DNA of 64,000 bases from Chthoniobacteraceae bacterium (GTDB lineage: Bacteria > Verrucomicrobiota > Verrucomicrobiia > Chthoniobacterales > Chthoniobacteraceae). Below the pieces are notes generated by a model. The model did not search any database, was not told where the DNA came from, and worked only from the letters and a program-made list of their open reading frames with translations. The translations under genes and the position numbers were made by a program. This document shows, piece by piece, positions 49,002 through 59,846 of the stretch. The stretch is from positions 1 through 64,000 of the forward strand of contig JBEBGD010000011.1 of assembly GCA_040081625.1 (NCBI GenBank). Direction: 5' to 3'. Position 1 is the first letter of the stretch, and every line of letters starts with the position of its first letter.

Positions 49002-50800
49002 GGGTTGGCGGAACGGGTGAGCGTCACGTGCTTGAAATCCATGACGCGCGCGCCGGGCTTGCTCAGCACTTCGATGGTCAGAGTCACCGGGCCTTTGGGA
49101 AGCGCGAGCGCGCCGATCTTTTGCGTGGCCCAGTCGCGGTTGCGATAGCGCTCGTGGCCGATTGCGTCGCGGTGTGGAAGCGCGATGTCGCGGATCGGCG
49201 CGGTGGCGATAACTGCCTCCGCGCTCGCGCCGCCGGTGCTCACACTAATCTTCGCCCCGGCATCCTCAGCGGGGCTCGCGTAGCCGAGCGCGATCTCGTA
49301 GGTGCCCGCCGCGACGACATCGAGGTCGAACCAGACCTTTGCGTCCGCGTCGGTCCAGCCGGTCAGCCAGTCGTTCGCGTAGCCGGGGCCGGAGGCGAAA
49401 GTGAGCGGCGGATCGAAGTAGCTCTGCGGCGCGTGAATCTCGACGGGATTCTCCGTGGCGTGGCCGACTTCGATCGGGAAGCGGCGAAGCCCTTCGCGCG
49501 AGATGTCGGCAAACCACGCGTCGTAGAGCTTGCTCAGTTCGGCGACGCGCTCGGGTTGATCGGAAGCGAGATCGCGCGCCTGTCCCGCATCGGCTTCCAT
49601 GTCGTAGAGTTGCCACGGCGTCGCGCCGGCGTCGTTCGCCTTCGCTTTCGAGCCGCCGCCCGCGCCCTTGATCTCGCGCACGAGCCGGTATCGCTGCGTC
49701 CGCACGGCACCGGGAAACTTGTTCGTCTCGCTGATCGGATTGTGCGTGAAGAGCACGCGCTCCGACCACGCGGCTTCGCGGCCTTCGAGCAGCGGGCGGA
49801 GGCTGACGCCATCGAGCTTCGGCCCCGCAGGCGCTGCGACGCCGCAGAGATCGAGCAGCGTGGGGTAGAGGTCGATGTGCGAGACGATCGGCTTCACTAC
49901 CGCCGGCTTCCACTTTGCCGCCGGCCAGCGCACGAAAAGCGGCACGCGCGATCCGCCCTCATGCACGCTCGTCTTCCCGCCTTTCATCCCCGCGTTGAAA
50001 AGCTTCACGCCGGCTGTGCCGCCGTTGTCGGTGAGGAAAAGGACGATCGTATTCTCCGCGAGCTTGAGCGCGTCGAGATGCGCGAGCAGGCGACCGACGT
50101 TGTCGTCGATGTTCTCGCACATGCCGAAAAACGCCGACACGTTGTCCTCGAGCCCCTTCGCCTTGAACTTGTCGAAATACTTGTCCGGCACCTGGAAGGG
50201 TGAGTGCGGCGCGTTGTAGGCGAGATAGCAAAAGAACGGCTGCCCGCGTTGCGCGGCGATGAACTTCATCGCCTCGTCCGTGAGCACGTCGGTGATGTAG
50301 CCCTTCGTCGCCTCCGGCTTCGCGCCGCGCAGCAGCGCGGCGTCGAAGTAATTGTTCCAGTGCCCGTTGTTGAAGCCGAACGTCTCGTCGAAGCCCTGCC
50401 CGCGCGGCGTGAAGGGATACTGCTCGCCGTTGTGCCATTTGCCGATGCACGCGGTGCGATAGCCCGCGCCCTTGAGCGCCTCGGCGATCGTGATCTCGCC
50501 AGGCTTCATCGCCTCGCGGTTGTGCGTGACGCCGTGGACGCCGGTGCGCAACGGCCAGCGCCCGGTGAGCAACGCCGCGCGCGTCGGCGCGCAGAATGAG
50601 TTCACGTAGAAACGGTCGAAGCGCACGCCGTCCGCGCCGAGTTTGTCGATGTGCGGCGTCTGGAGGTGCGGATTCCCGTGGATGGAAAAATCGCCGTAGC
50701 CCTGGTCGTCGGTGATGATGAGCAGGACGTTCGGCTGCGCCGCAAACGCGGACGCGGCGACGAGCAGGCTGGCGACAATGCGGAGCGCGAGTCGGATCAT
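48998..50800 (-). CDS. Arylsulfatase with C-terminal CBM-like beta-sandwich
   Basis: PNVLLIITDDQG; CAPTR; GKWH; TDNG; C-terminal ...VWFDLDVVAAGTYEI... Confidence 0.93.
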   Translation of the reverse strand: MIRLALRIVASLLVAASAFAAQPNVLLIITDDQGYGDFSIHGNPHLQTPHIDKLGADGVRFDRFYVNSFCAPTRAALLTGRWPLRTGVHGVTHNREAMKPGEITIAEALKGAGYRTACIGKWHNGEQYPFTPRGQGFDETFGFNNGHWNNYFDAALLRGAKPEATKGYITDVLTDEAMKFIAAQRGQPFFCYLAYNAPHSPFQVPDKYFDKFKAKGLEDNVSAFFGMCENIDDNVGRLLAHLDALKLAENTIVLFLTDNGGTAGVKLFNAGMKGGKTSVHEGGSRVPLFVRWPAAKWKPAVVKPIVSHIDLYPTLLDLCGVAAPAGPKLDGVSLRPLLEGREAAWSERVLFTHNPISETNKFPGAVRTQRYRLVREIKGAGGGSKAKANDAGATPWQLYDMEADAGQARDLASDQPERVAELSKLYDAWFADISREGLRRFPIEVGHATENPVEIHAPQSYFDPPLTFASGPGYANDWLTGWTDADAKVWFDLDVVAAGTYEIALGYASPAEDAGAKISVSTGGASAEAVIATAPIRDIALPHRDAIGHERYRNRDWATQKIGALALPKGPVTLTIEVLSKPGARVMDFKHVTLTRSANP

Positions 50801-52290
50801 TTGGCGGGAGCCGCGGCTTTGCGTTTCTTCCGCGGCGTCTGCTTCTCGTCGATCTGCTGCATGAACGCCTCGCGCGCAGCCGCGTCGTCGCGTTTGCGGA
50901 AGACCTCGAGCAGCGGATCGCGCGTGCGGACCATCCAGTCTTCGAGTGCCTTTTCGAGCACGGCGGCCTGCTTCGCATGCGTGGGGTTGTCGATGAGATT
51001 GGCGAGCGCGTCGGGATCGTAGCGCACCTCGTAAGCTTCCTCCGGCTTGCGGTGATCGAAGAGATCGATCCGCGCGGCGATCTTCGCGTCGGTCTTCGCG
51101 AGCACGCGCATCTGACGGCAGGTCGGCGTGCCGGCGGTCGCGCCGCTCATCACGCGCGTGCCGTTCGACCACGGGCTGAAGATGTAGAGCCAGTCCTTCG
51201 TCTGCACCGCGCGCATCGGCGTGCGCTGGCCGCCGGCGTTTTCGTTGTGCTCCTTGAAGACCATGTCGCGACCGGATTGAGCCTCGCCTTTCAACAGCGG
51301 CGCGAGCGAGCGCCCATCGAAGCCGGCGGGATGCTCGACACCGACGATGTCGAGCAGCGTGGGCAGCAGATCGACGGCGGAGACCATGTGCGCGTCGTCC
51401 ACCGAGCCCGCCTTCGTCACGCCCGGCCAGCGGATCATCAGCGGCGTGCGCGTGCTGTGATGATAGAGCTGCGTCTTGGCAAATGGCAGCGGCATGCCGT
51501 GATCGGAGAGGAAGATGATCACCGTGTTCGCGTCGTCGCCGGACTCCTTCAGCGCGCCGAGGATCGCGCCCACCGCGTCGTCGGCGCGGCGCACGGAGGA
51601 GTAATAATGCGCGAGTTCCTTTCGGATCGCGGGATCGTCCGGCAGGAAGCCGGGCACGGGCACTTCCTCCGGCTTGAAAACACGCGACGGCACGTGCGGA
51701 TCGGGAACGGTGTCGCCGCGATTTCCCTCGGCGTAGAAGGGCTTGTGCGGATCGGCGATGTTCAGCATCAGGCAGAACGGCTTCCCGGCCTTTCGCGCCG
51801 CTTCGATGCCCTGCGTCAGCGCCCTGCCGTAAGTCGCGGCGTCCTTCGTGTGCGCCTTCTTTCCCGCCGCATCCTTGTCGAGATCGATGTCCCACGGAAA
51901 CGGCGAGTATGGCGTCGAGTGCGAGACCTTGTGCCGGATGCCGGTGAACCAACCCGCGCCCTTCATCAGGTCGCCCATCACCGGATAATCCTTCTCGGCT
52001 TTGCCCATCGCGCGAAAGCCCTCGATGCGGTTGTTGTGCGGATAGCGGCCCGACCACATCACGTTGCGCGACGGCATGCAGTTGCCTACGACGACATGCG
52101 CGTGCTCGAAGCGCATGCTCTGCGCCGCGAGCTTGTCCATCTGCGGCGTGGTGCCCTCGAGCCGGCAACCAAACACGCCGACCGAGTCGCAGCTCATGTC
52201 GTCGGTCGTGATGATGAGCACGTTCGGCTTCGCGGCGAAGATCGACGAGTTGAGGGCGAGGAAAACGAGAGCGAGAAGCAGGCGGGGCAT
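50797..52290 (-). CDS. Sulfatase (sulfamidase-like)
   Basis: PNVLIITTDD; CMPSR; SDHGMPLPFAK. Confidence 0.93.
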   Translation of the reverse strand: MPRLLLALVFLALNSSIFAAKPNVLIITTDDMSCDSVGVFGCRLEGTTPQMDKLAAQSMRFEHAHVVVGNCMPSRNVMWSGRYPHNNRIEGFRAMGKAEKDYPVMGDLMKGAGWFTGIRHKVSHSTPYSPFPWDIDLDKDAAGKKAHTKDAATYGRALTQGIEAARKAGKPFCLMLNIADPHKPFYAEGNRGDTVPDPHVPSRVFKPEEVPVPGFLPDDPAIRKELAHYYSSVRRADDAVGAILGALKESGDDANTVIIFLSDHGMPLPFAKTQLYHHSTRTPLMIRWPGVTKAGSVDDAHMVSAVDLLPTLLDIVGVEHPAGFDGRSLAPLLKGEAQSGRDMVFKEHNENAGGQRTPMRAVQTKDWLYIFSPWSNGTRVMSGATAGTPTCRQMRVLAKTDAKIAARIDLFDHRKPEEAYEVRYDPDALANLIDNPTHAKQAAVLEKALEDWMVRTRDPLLEVFRKRDDAAAREAFMQQIDEKQTPRKKRKAAAPAK

Positions 52291-52305
52291 GGCGGAGGGA
52301 AGGCG

Positions 52306-53205
52306 TTATCGGTTCAGCGCGGCGAACTTTTCCGCGAATCGCTTCCCGATCTCGTTCTGCGCGGCGGTGTCGAAGTGGACGTTGTCGCCGATGTGCGTTT
52401 TCAAGTCGCGCGCATCGACGCACGCGGTGTGCGGGCGCCTGACGGGAAGCGCGAGGAGGAACTGATTCATCGCGGCTTTACCGGCCAGCTTCGCGGCATC
52501 GCCCATCTCGCCGATCGTGCATGCGATGAACGGCAGCTCAGGCAGCGCGAGATCAGCGCGTAGGTCGTCGATCAGCTTGTTGAGCTTCTCTTCATGAACT
52601 GCGAGGCCGGCCTCGTTCGCATTCGCCTCACCTTGCAGCCAGAGCGCGGCGCGGATGCGGCCCTTCACGGGAGCGGTCGCTTTCAGCGCGAGCCGGGCGC
52701 GGCGGAGCGCTTCGTCGTAGAGCTTCGCACCCTTCTGCCATTGCGCGATCGGCGAGCCGCCGACGGCGCACGGGATCAAGCCGACGCGCACCTTCGCATC
52801 GCGGGCCGCGATCACTTCCGCGAACGCGAGCCCCGGGCCGACGCCCGCGTTGTCGTGGCCGGCAAAGGTCTTCGCATCGCCGACGAGATGGACGGGATGC
52901 CGCGCGAGATACCACTCGTCGTCTATCAAATGCATCATCACGATCCGCGGATCGCGCATCGGCTCGTCGGGCATCACGCCGCGGCCTTTCATGTTCGACT
53001 GGCCCATGAGCAGGAAAAGATCGAGCCGCTCGGTGCCGTCCGGAAGCGTCGCGATGTCCACCGGCTCCAACGGCGGATGCGCGGGCGGCGGCGTCTGGAC
53101 CTTGCCGGCTTTCTGCGCGTTCGCGACCGGGCAAATGAGCGCGGCAGTGCCGAGCGCGAGCCAGCGACGACGGGTGATTAAGTGCGGTGTCGAGTGCCGG
53201 ATCAT
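52306..53205 (-). CDS. SASA-family (sialate O-acetylesterase/CE6-like) SGNH esterase, Tat signal
   Basis: TRRRWL; GQSNM; WLQGE; DNVH. Confidence 0.88.
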   Translation of the reverse strand: MIRHSTPHLITRRRWLALGTAALICPVANAQKAGKVQTPPPAHPPLEPVDIATLPDGTERLDLFLLMGQSNMKGRGVMPDEPMRDPRIVMMHLIDDEWYLARHPVHLVGDAKTFAGHDNAGVGPGLAFAEVIAARDAKVRVGLIPCAVGGSPIAQWQKGAKLYDEALRRARLALKATAPVKGRIRAALWLQGEANANEAGLAVHEEKLNKLIDDLRADLALPELPFIACTIGEMGDAAKLAGKAAMNQFLLALPVRRPHTACVDARDLKTHIGDNVHFDTAAQNEIGKRFAEKFAALNR

Positions 53206-53317
53206 GAGGTCGGAGTGAACGGGAAAGGCGAAGTAGGGCGCCAGCTTTTCACGATCGTCGGGCTGCTCAATCGGACAGAAGGGTGGTTACGAAAGCAGAT
53301 CGTCGATCACTCCCCCG

Positions 53318-55663
53318 TCACCCCAGCACATTCTCTCCGCGATTTTCCGCCTGCTGGATCGTCACGGGCCAGCCGGGGAATTGATTCGTGGGATTGCCGT
53401 CGATCGCGTCGATCCGGAAGCGAAACGACTCGATGCGGTAGGTCTTCTTCACCGTGTCGAAGGTGATGAAGCCGAAGCCGCTGCCTTTTTCGTGCGCCTT
53501 GTCGTAGCGGTTCGGGGCCTTGCCGACCACGGGATTGCCGACGGCATAGACATAGACCTTGTTGCCGAGGCCATCGAGGAATTCGCCGGTGTCGGCGGCG
53601 CCGTGCTTCGGGCGGTTGGTGTGCGGCATCTTGAGTTCGTCGGGGCGCCACCAGCGCGGATAACCGGCGGCGATGGCGGGCGTGCAGAACGACCAGTTCG
53701 CGTCGCGCTGTTTGTCCACGCCGTATTGCGAGAGCGTCGTAAGATGCTGGTCGCCATTGATGTGCAGCGCCATCGACGGACGCATGATCTCGATGGCGCG
53801 GTTGCGTGGCGTCTGCGGCCACCCGCCGGAATCGAGATCGGCCTTCAAATAGCCATCGACCCCGCCGTGATGCGTGGCCACGCCGGCGAACACGGTCTGG
53901 CTGAGCACGGCTTTCAGCGTGTGGCCGCGCCAGTCCTGCGCCCATTTTTTGAGGAAGGCCTCCTGCCGCTCGCCGAGCAGCACGAGTCCCGGCTTGTCGA
54001 GCTTCGCGCAATCGAAGTCCCGATCCTGCACGTGATCGGCGCGGCCACTGCCGGTCTCGACGCGCTCCGGCCCGCTCTTCCACTGGCGGTCGGCGATGAT
54101 GGCGAAGCTGACGCCGCCATACACCATGTCGCCGTAGTAAACGCTGATGTCCTGCTCGCACGGCGCGGGATCGACCGCATCGGGATGGTGCGCGACGTTG
54201 GTCTTGTGCACGGCATTGACCATGCGCGCGGGCTCGATGTAGCCGCCCTTCGATGACGCGCCGGTGTCGCCGACGTTCATCTTCTTGCCGCCCTCGCCCC
54301 AGATGTTGCCCTGGAAGACATCGTGATCGTCCGGCAGGCAGAGCGTGGGCCGGTCGCGCATCACTTCGCGGAAGGCCCAGCCGTGTTGGTAGAACTTGCG
54401 CAGATAGTTCAGGATCGCGGGTTCGGCAGGCTCGCGGATGATGCCGAAGCCGCCGTGGCTTTCGTAAATTTGATCGCCGGAAAAGAAGACGAGATCGGGA
54501 TCGAGTTTGATGAGGTTCTGCGCCACCGGCGCGTAGGGGAAGCCGTAGTCGTTCTGGCAAGTCAGCGCCGCCATGCGCAGCGGACGGCCCTCCGGGTTCG
54601 GCTTGATCGTGCCGGTCCATTCATTCGGCGTCTCGCTGCCGTCCGTGTGCTTCTCGCGATAGACGAGCTTGTAAGGCGTGGCCTGCTTCGCGTCCCAATT
54701 CGGAAGCCGGAACGTCGCCACCCACGCATCGCGATCGAGCTTCGCCTCGCCGAGCGATTTCCACGCGCCGCCCCTCTGCACCTGCAACTCGACGACCTGG
54801 CTGTCCTTCGCGCCCATCGGGCCGGTGAGCGCGCTGAGCTTCATCACGAACCCCTCGCTGCCGCGCGAATCGCTCAGCGAATACATCGACCACAAAATCG
54901 GCCCGAACTGATTCGCCGCCGTGATCGCAAAGGCGTCGCCGTCCATCGTCCAATTCTGAAAGCGGTAGCGCCCGGCGCCCGCGCCACCGGCTTGGGCGTT
55001 GCCCTTCTTCGCGCCCTTCACCGCACCGGCTGCGAAGTTGTTCGCGATCGACACGTTGCCGAGAATCTCGTCCGCACCGAACGCCTGCGAGATCGTTCCA
55101 AGTTCCGCACCCGACTCGACGGCGTTTGCGGTGAGCGTCAGCACGCACTGGTCTCCCTTTGGCACGCCCTTCAGCGTCAGTCGCACCTGCTTCGACGCGC
55201 TGCCGTCCTTCACCGGCGCGGTCTTCGACTCGAGCACGAGTCGATCGCCCTGCCAGCCGGCGTTCACGCCTTTTTGCACGAAGCAATTGCTGCGGTGCTC
55301 GTTGAGTTCGCTGCGGATGCCGATGCGGAAGCCCGCGCCGCTATCTTGCTTCAGCACCTCGACGCGCGTGAGCGTCACCGACATTGTGAAGCCGGCGTTC
55401 TTCGCGATCTGATGCGTCAGCGAATGCACGCTCCGGCCGCCGCCCGGATTCAGGCACTCCGCCGCGCCATCGCGCACGCACCAATCCTCCATCGGGTTCG
55501 CCCAAAACTCGCCGCCCAGCCACACACGGTCATGCGTCTTCGCCCACGGATCGACGGCGGGTTTGCCTTTCCCGGCTGCCGAAACGCCGCGGGCGCCGAG
55601 GCCCAAAAGCGTTCCCGCAGTCATCAGCTTAATGCCGGTGCGTCGTGTGATGTTCTTGTTCAT
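53318..55663 (-). CDS. PhoD-like phosphatase/phosphodiesterase, Tat-exported
   Basis: ITRRTGI; SGDQIYE; PDDHDV; GDQH. Confidence 0.85.
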   Translation of the reverse strand: MNKNITRRTGIKLMTAGTLLGLGARGVSAAGKGKPAVDPWAKTHDRVWLGGEFWANPMEDWCVRDGAAECLNPGGGRSVHSLTHQIAKNAGFTMSVTLTRVEVLKQDSGAGFRIGIRSELNEHRSNCFVQKGVNAGWQGDRLVLESKTAPVKDGSASKQVRLTLKGVPKGDQCVLTLTANAVESGAELGTISQAFGADEILGNVSIANNFAAGAVKGAKKGNAQAGGAGAGRYRFQNWTMDGDAFAITAANQFGPILWSMYSLSDSRGSEGFVMKLSALTGPMGAKDSQVVELQVQRGGAWKSLGEAKLDRDAWVATFRLPNWDAKQATPYKLVYREKHTDGSETPNEWTGTIKPNPEGRPLRMAALTCQNDYGFPYAPVAQNLIKLDPDLVFFSGDQIYESHGGFGIIREPAEPAILNYLRKFYQHGWAFREVMRDRPTLCLPDDHDVFQGNIWGEGGKKMNVGDTGASSKGGYIEPARMVNAVHKTNVAHHPDAVDPAPCEQDISVYYGDMVYGGVSFAIIADRQWKSGPERVETGSGRADHVQDRDFDCAKLDKPGLVLLGERQEAFLKKWAQDWRGHTLKAVLSQTVFAGVATHHGGVDGYLKADLDSGGWPQTPRNRAIEIMRPSMALHINGDQHLTTLSQYGVDKQRDANWSFCTPAIAAGYPRWWRPDELKMPHTNRPKHGAADTGEFLDGLGNKVYVYAVGNPVVGKAPNRYDKAHEKGSGFGFITFDTVKKTYRIESFRFRIDAIDGNPTNQFPGWPVTIQQAENRGENVLG

Positions 55664-55720
55664 AGATCGAAGGAAGGTGGGGCTACTGCGTCGGCTCGGT
55701 CCGAGCGCAGGTGCCGATTC

Positions 55721-56971
55721 TCATTCTGCGCCCTGAAACTGCACCGTCGTGCTCACCATCGCATCGCGTTCGTCGGTGAGAGTGAGGAACCAGGTGTTCG
55801 CATCGACCGGCGGCTTGGGCGCGGTTATCGTGTCGCCGATGATGGTCGCGGGAATCATCTTCCACGTGCGTTTCGAGCGCGGGCCGGTGTCCGTGGTGTA
55901 GTGAAGTTGCGCGGTCTTCACGGGCGCCGCGCTTTGGAAAGGCAGCACGACTTTCTCCCCGTCGATCCGAATCGCGCCGGGCACCGGCAGCGATGCGCCG
56001 TGACGGCATTTCGAGTCGATGAACAAGCCGATCTCCTGCGGTGCCCAGCCGGGCGGATGGCCGTGCGACATGTTCACCTGGATGCGCATCTGCTTCTCGC
56101 CGGGCACGACCGCGAAGCTCTTCATGTAGCTATCGAGCACGTAGTGGACGTCGTTCGTGCCGTTCACGAAAAGGATCGGCACGCGGCAGCGCGGGAGCAG
56201 GCTGCCGGGGTCGTATTCCTTTACCCATGCGGCTTTGCGGTCGCCGAGCTTGTCGATGCTCGGCTTCTGCACCGACTCGCCCTCGTGCAGAAAACCGCAG
56301 CCATACACGGGCACCGCAGCCTTGAAGCGGTCGTCGAGCGACGCGACGAGGCACGTCGTGTAGCCGCCCCAACTGATCCCCGTCACCGCCGTGCGCTCCG
56401 CATCCACCTCGGGAAAAGAGCGCAGCAGCGTGTGCGCGCGCATCACCGATGCGGCGGCGTGGAAGGGCCAGTCGTCGCTCGTGTCGCCGCCGATCGAGTC
56501 GAACTTTTCCTCGTGTCCCTGCCCCGGTCCGCCGTTCGGAAGCGACGTGCGTTTGTCGCGAGCGTGCGCGTTGGGAAGTGGCGCGCCGGTCTTCGGATCG
56601 AACTCGGGATCCGGCGGGCGCATTCCGCCGAGATCCATCGCAATCGCCGCGTAGCCGCGCTTCGCCCACAGGTAAGCCCAATCCGCAAACGCCGTCCCGC
56701 CGCCGCCGTGGATGAGCACGACGCCGGGAAACTTCGCGCCCGGCTTCGCCTCGCCCAGCGTGGCCGGCGACGCGTAGAACGCGAACACCTCGGTCGGTTT
56801 GCCGCGATACTTTTCGCCCGCATAGGTCAGCGAGTGGATCGCCCCTTCGCGCTTCGCCCAAGTCATCGCGGGCACGTTCGTTTTCAGCGCGGTCAGATTC
56901 CATGGCCCCACCTGCTCTGCGGCGAGCGGCGCGCAGAGGGCGACGACGAGAATTACGGGCGCGAGCCTCAC
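55721..56971 (-). CDS. Secreted alpha/beta-hydrolase (acetylxylan-esterase-like)
   Basis: HGGGG; GISWGG; GTND; HGH. Confidence 0.85.
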   Translation of the reverse strand: MRLAPVILVVALCAPLAAEQVGPWNLTALKTNVPAMTWAKREGAIHSLTYAGEKYRGKPTEVFAFYASPATLGEAKPGAKFPGVVLIHGGGGTAFADWAYLWAKRGYAAIAMDLGGMRPPDPEFDPKTGAPLPNAHARDKRTSLPNGGPGQGHEEKFDSIGGDTSDDWPFHAAASVMRAHTLLRSFPEVDAERTAVTGISWGGYTTCLVASLDDRFKAAVPVYGCGFLHEGESVQKPSIDKLGDRKAAWVKEYDPGSLLPRCRVPILFVNGTNDVHYVLDSYMKSFAVVPGEKQMRIQVNMSHGHPPGWAPQEIGLFIDSKCRHGASLPVPGAIRIDGEKVVLPFQSAAPVKTAQLHYTTDTGPRSKRTWKMIPATIIGDTITAPKPPVDANTWFLTLTDERDAMVSTTVQFQGAE

Positions 56972-58500
56972 AGCGCGGGCGCCTTCCAGTCAGGGATTCC
57001 GCCGGCCTTGAGCTGCTTCTCGTAGAGTTCGTGGAAGGGCTTCGTCGGCGACATCTCCGCAGTTTCGTTCACCATCAGCGGGCGCGCTTCCTTCCAAAAT
57101 GCATCGTAGGCCGCGCGCATTTTCGCCACGACCTCGGGGTGCTCGGCGCTCACGTCCTTGGTCTGGTAAGGATCGGCTTCCATGTCGTAGAGCGCGCCTT
57201 GCGACGCCTGCGCCGGCCGCTTCGCCGCGTTCCTGCCCTTCGGGTTGCCGCCGCGCGGACCGACGAAGCGGTAGCGCTGATTGCGCACGCCGTAGTTGAG
57301 GTGCTGCTGCGTGTTCGGCTCGGTGCCCGTGGCCCAGCGCGCGGTGTGGGTGAAGAGGTAGCGATCCGACCAGCCGTCCGCCTTGCCCTCGATGAGCGGG
57401 AGCAGGTTGCGGCCTTCGACTTGATTCTTCGGCGACTCCGCTCCGGCGAGCGCGGCGAAGGTCGGCAGCAGATCGATGTGCGCGGCGATGGTGCCGATGT
57501 CGCGGCCCGCCTCGATCTTCCCATCCCAGCGGACGAAGAATGGCACGCGCACGCCGCCTTCATCGGTCGAGCCTTTGAGCCCGGTCTGGTTCGCGTTGAA
57601 GAACGGATAGCCGGGCGCGAGGTCCTTGCCGGCCTGGCCGGAGCCGCCGCCGGTCATGCCATTGTCGGACATGAAAATGACGATCGTGTTCTTGTAGAGA
57701 TCCCACTCCTTCAGCTTCTCCGCGAGGCGCCCCATGTTCTCGTCGATGTTCTCGATCATGCCGTAGAAACCTGCCTGCTCCTTGCCGAAGCCAAGGTCGG
57801 TGAAGCGCTTCGCGTTCTTCTCCGGCGCGATGAACGGCCCATGCGGCGCGTTCGTCGCGATGTAGGCGAAGAACGGCTGGCCCTTGTCCTTGCGCTCCTT
57901 CATCCAGCCGAGCGCGCCGGTGAAAAACACGTCGGTGCAAAAGCCCTTCGTCTTCACGAAGCTGCCGTTGTGGCGGATGACGGGGTCCGTGTATTTGTTG
58001 TCCGGCGCATCGGCGCACGAGCAGGCATAGGCCTGCCCGATCCCGCCCGCACCGTGGATGAAGGCTTCATCGAAGCCGCGCTTGTGCGGCTGATACGGCT
58101 CCTCGTCGCCGAGATGCCACTTCCCGAAAATGCCCGACGTGTAGCCCGCGGTCTTGAGCACCTGCGGGAGAATGGTCGCGTCGAGCGTCATGCGCTCGCG
58201 CTCGAGGATCGTGTGCGTGATTCCGTTCTTCATCGGATGCCGGCCCGTCATCATCGCGCTGCGCGTGGGCGAGCAGGTCGGGCTCACGAGGAAGCGCGTG
58301 AAGCGCGTGCTCTTGTCGTAGAGCGCGTCGAGGTGCGGCGTCTTGATCCACGGATGTCCGTGCCGCCCGACGGGGCCGTAGCCCTGGTCGTCCGTGATCA
58401 CGAGGATGATGTTCGGCTTCGTGCCGGCGAGATCTGCGACGGCGTCCGCTGCGAAGGCGAGCGCAGCGACGAGGGCGAGTGCGAGGTGATGTAGTTTCAT
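56968..58500 (-). CDS. Arylsulfatase
   Basis: PNIILVITDDQG; CSPTR; GKWHLG; SDNG. Confidence 0.95.
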   Translation of the reverse strand: MKLHHLALALVAALAFAADAVADLAGTKPNIILVITDDQGYGPVGRHGHPWIKTPHLDALYDKSTRFTRFLVSPTCSPTRSAMMTGRHPMKNGITHTILERERMTLDATILPQVLKTAGYTSGIFGKWHLGDEEPYQPHKRGFDEAFIHGAGGIGQAYACSCADAPDNKYTDPVIRHNGSFVKTKGFCTDVFFTGALGWMKERKDKGQPFFAYIATNAPHGPFIAPEKNAKRFTDLGFGKEQAGFYGMIENIDENMGRLAEKLKEWDLYKNTIVIFMSDNGMTGGGSGQAGKDLAPGYPFFNANQTGLKGSTDEGGVRVPFFVRWDGKIEAGRDIGTIAAHIDLLPTFAALAGAESPKNQVEGRNLLPLIEGKADGWSDRYLFTHTARWATGTEPNTQQHLNYGVRNQRYRFVGPRGGNPKGRNAAKRPAQASQGALYDMEADPYQTKDVSAEHPEVVAKMRAAYDAFWKEARPLMVNETAEMSPTKPFHELYEKQLKAGGIPDWKAPAL

Positions 58501-58517
58501 AGGGTGAGTGGAGTGGG

Positions 58518-59846
58518 TCAGCCGAGGCCGGGCACGGTCCAGCCGTCGCGATACGCGCGGCGGACGAGCGCGGTGGCCTTGGCGTGGTTGGAAAATGTGA
58601 GCGTCTCGCGGTCCCAGTCGAGCCACTCGCCGGCAAAGCGGTCCGCGATCGCGCCGACGAGCACCGCCTCGGTCAGCGGTCCGCCATGCGTGAATTCATC
58701 GCACGCCTTTCGGCCTTCGACGATCGCGTCCACCCAGTCGTGGTAGTGGTCCTGCGGCTTGAGATCGGCGGGATATTTTTCGGCGTCGAACTTCCCCCCG
58801 GGCAGCACGACCGGCTTGTTGTTGCCGTAGCTTTTGAAGATCGAGCCGTGCTCGCCGATCCAGCATGTGCCGGATGCGGGCAGCTTCTCCACGCCCTTCG
58901 GCAGTTGGATTTTTCCGAGGTCCGGCTCGATGCCGCCGTCGTGCCAGGTGAGCTGCACGGTCTTGCCGGCGGTGATGTCGCTGCCGGGGAAGATCATCTC
59001 GACGAGGCGCTTCTCGCCCCACAACGGACCGCTGCTGCCCGGTGTCGTCTGCCGCACGCGCAGTGGAGCAGTGAGCCGGAGCGCGTCGAAGCTCGTGTCA
59101 AAATGGTGGCAGCCCATGTCGCCCATCTCGCCGACGCCGAAGTCGAACCACGCGCGCCAGTTCTTCGGGTGATACGTATTCGTGAGATACGGCCGCGGCT
59201 CGCGCACGCCGAGCCACAAGTCCCAGTCGAGCCCCGCCGGGATCGCATCGCCCTGCTTCCGCAGCTCCGTGTTTTTCGGCCACCAGTTGAGCGGCTTGTT
59301 CTCCCACAGGATGACTTCCTTGATCTTCCCGATCGCGCCGTCGCGGATCAGTTGCACCGTCATCCGGCTCTCGATGCTGGAGCGGCCTTGATTCCCGAGC
59401 TGCGTGACGACGCCCGCCTTCGCCGCCTCCTGCGTGATGACGCGGCACTCGTGCGGCGTCGTGGCCATCGGCTTCTGCAAATAGAGATGCTTCTTCGCGC
59501 GCAGCGCCGTCACCGATTGCGCGGCGTGAACGTGATCCGGCGTGCCGATCGTCACCGCGTCGAACTTGTCCGCGTGCCGCGCGAGCAGCTCGCGCCAGTC
59601 CTTCTGCCGCGACGCCTCGGGATGCAGCTTCGCCGCTTCATCGAGATAGCCGGTGTCCACATCGCACAGCGCGACGATCTTCACCTTCGCGTGACTCGCG
59701 ACGCCGCTCATCGTCCGCCCGCCCATGCCGCCCACGCCGATGCACGCGACCTGCAGCATCGAGTTCGGCGCTGCGCTGCGCAGGATGGAGGGGAAGCCGA
59801 GCGCGGCGGCGGCGGTGGTGCGTTGGAGGAAGTGTCGGCGGTTCAT
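58518..59846 (-). CDS. Tat-exported Gfo/Idh/MocA oxidoreductase
   Basis: MNRRHFL; IGVGGMG; TPDHVH; QKP; GDMGCH. Confidence 0.92.
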   Translation of the reverse strand: MNRRHFLQRTTAAAALGFPSILRSAAPNSMLQVACIGVGGMGGRTMSGVASHAKVKIVALCDVDTGYLDEAAKLHPEASRQKDWRELLARHADKFDAVTIGTPDHVHAAQSVTALRAKKHLYLQKPMATTPHECRVITQEAAKAGVVTQLGNQGRSSIESRMTVQLIRDGAIGKIKEVILWENKPLNWWPKNTELRKQGDAIPAGLDWDLWLGVREPRPYLTNTYHPKNWRAWFDFGVGEMGDMGCHHFDTSFDALRLTAPLRVRQTTPGSSGPLWGEKRLVEMIFPGSDITAGKTVQLTWHDGGIEPDLGKIQLPKGVEKLPASGTCWIGEHGSIFKSYGNNKPVVLPGGKFDAEKYPADLKPQDHYHDWVDAIVEGRKACDEFTHGGPLTEAVLVGAIADRFAGEWLDWDRETLTFSNHAKATALVRRAYRDGWTVPGLG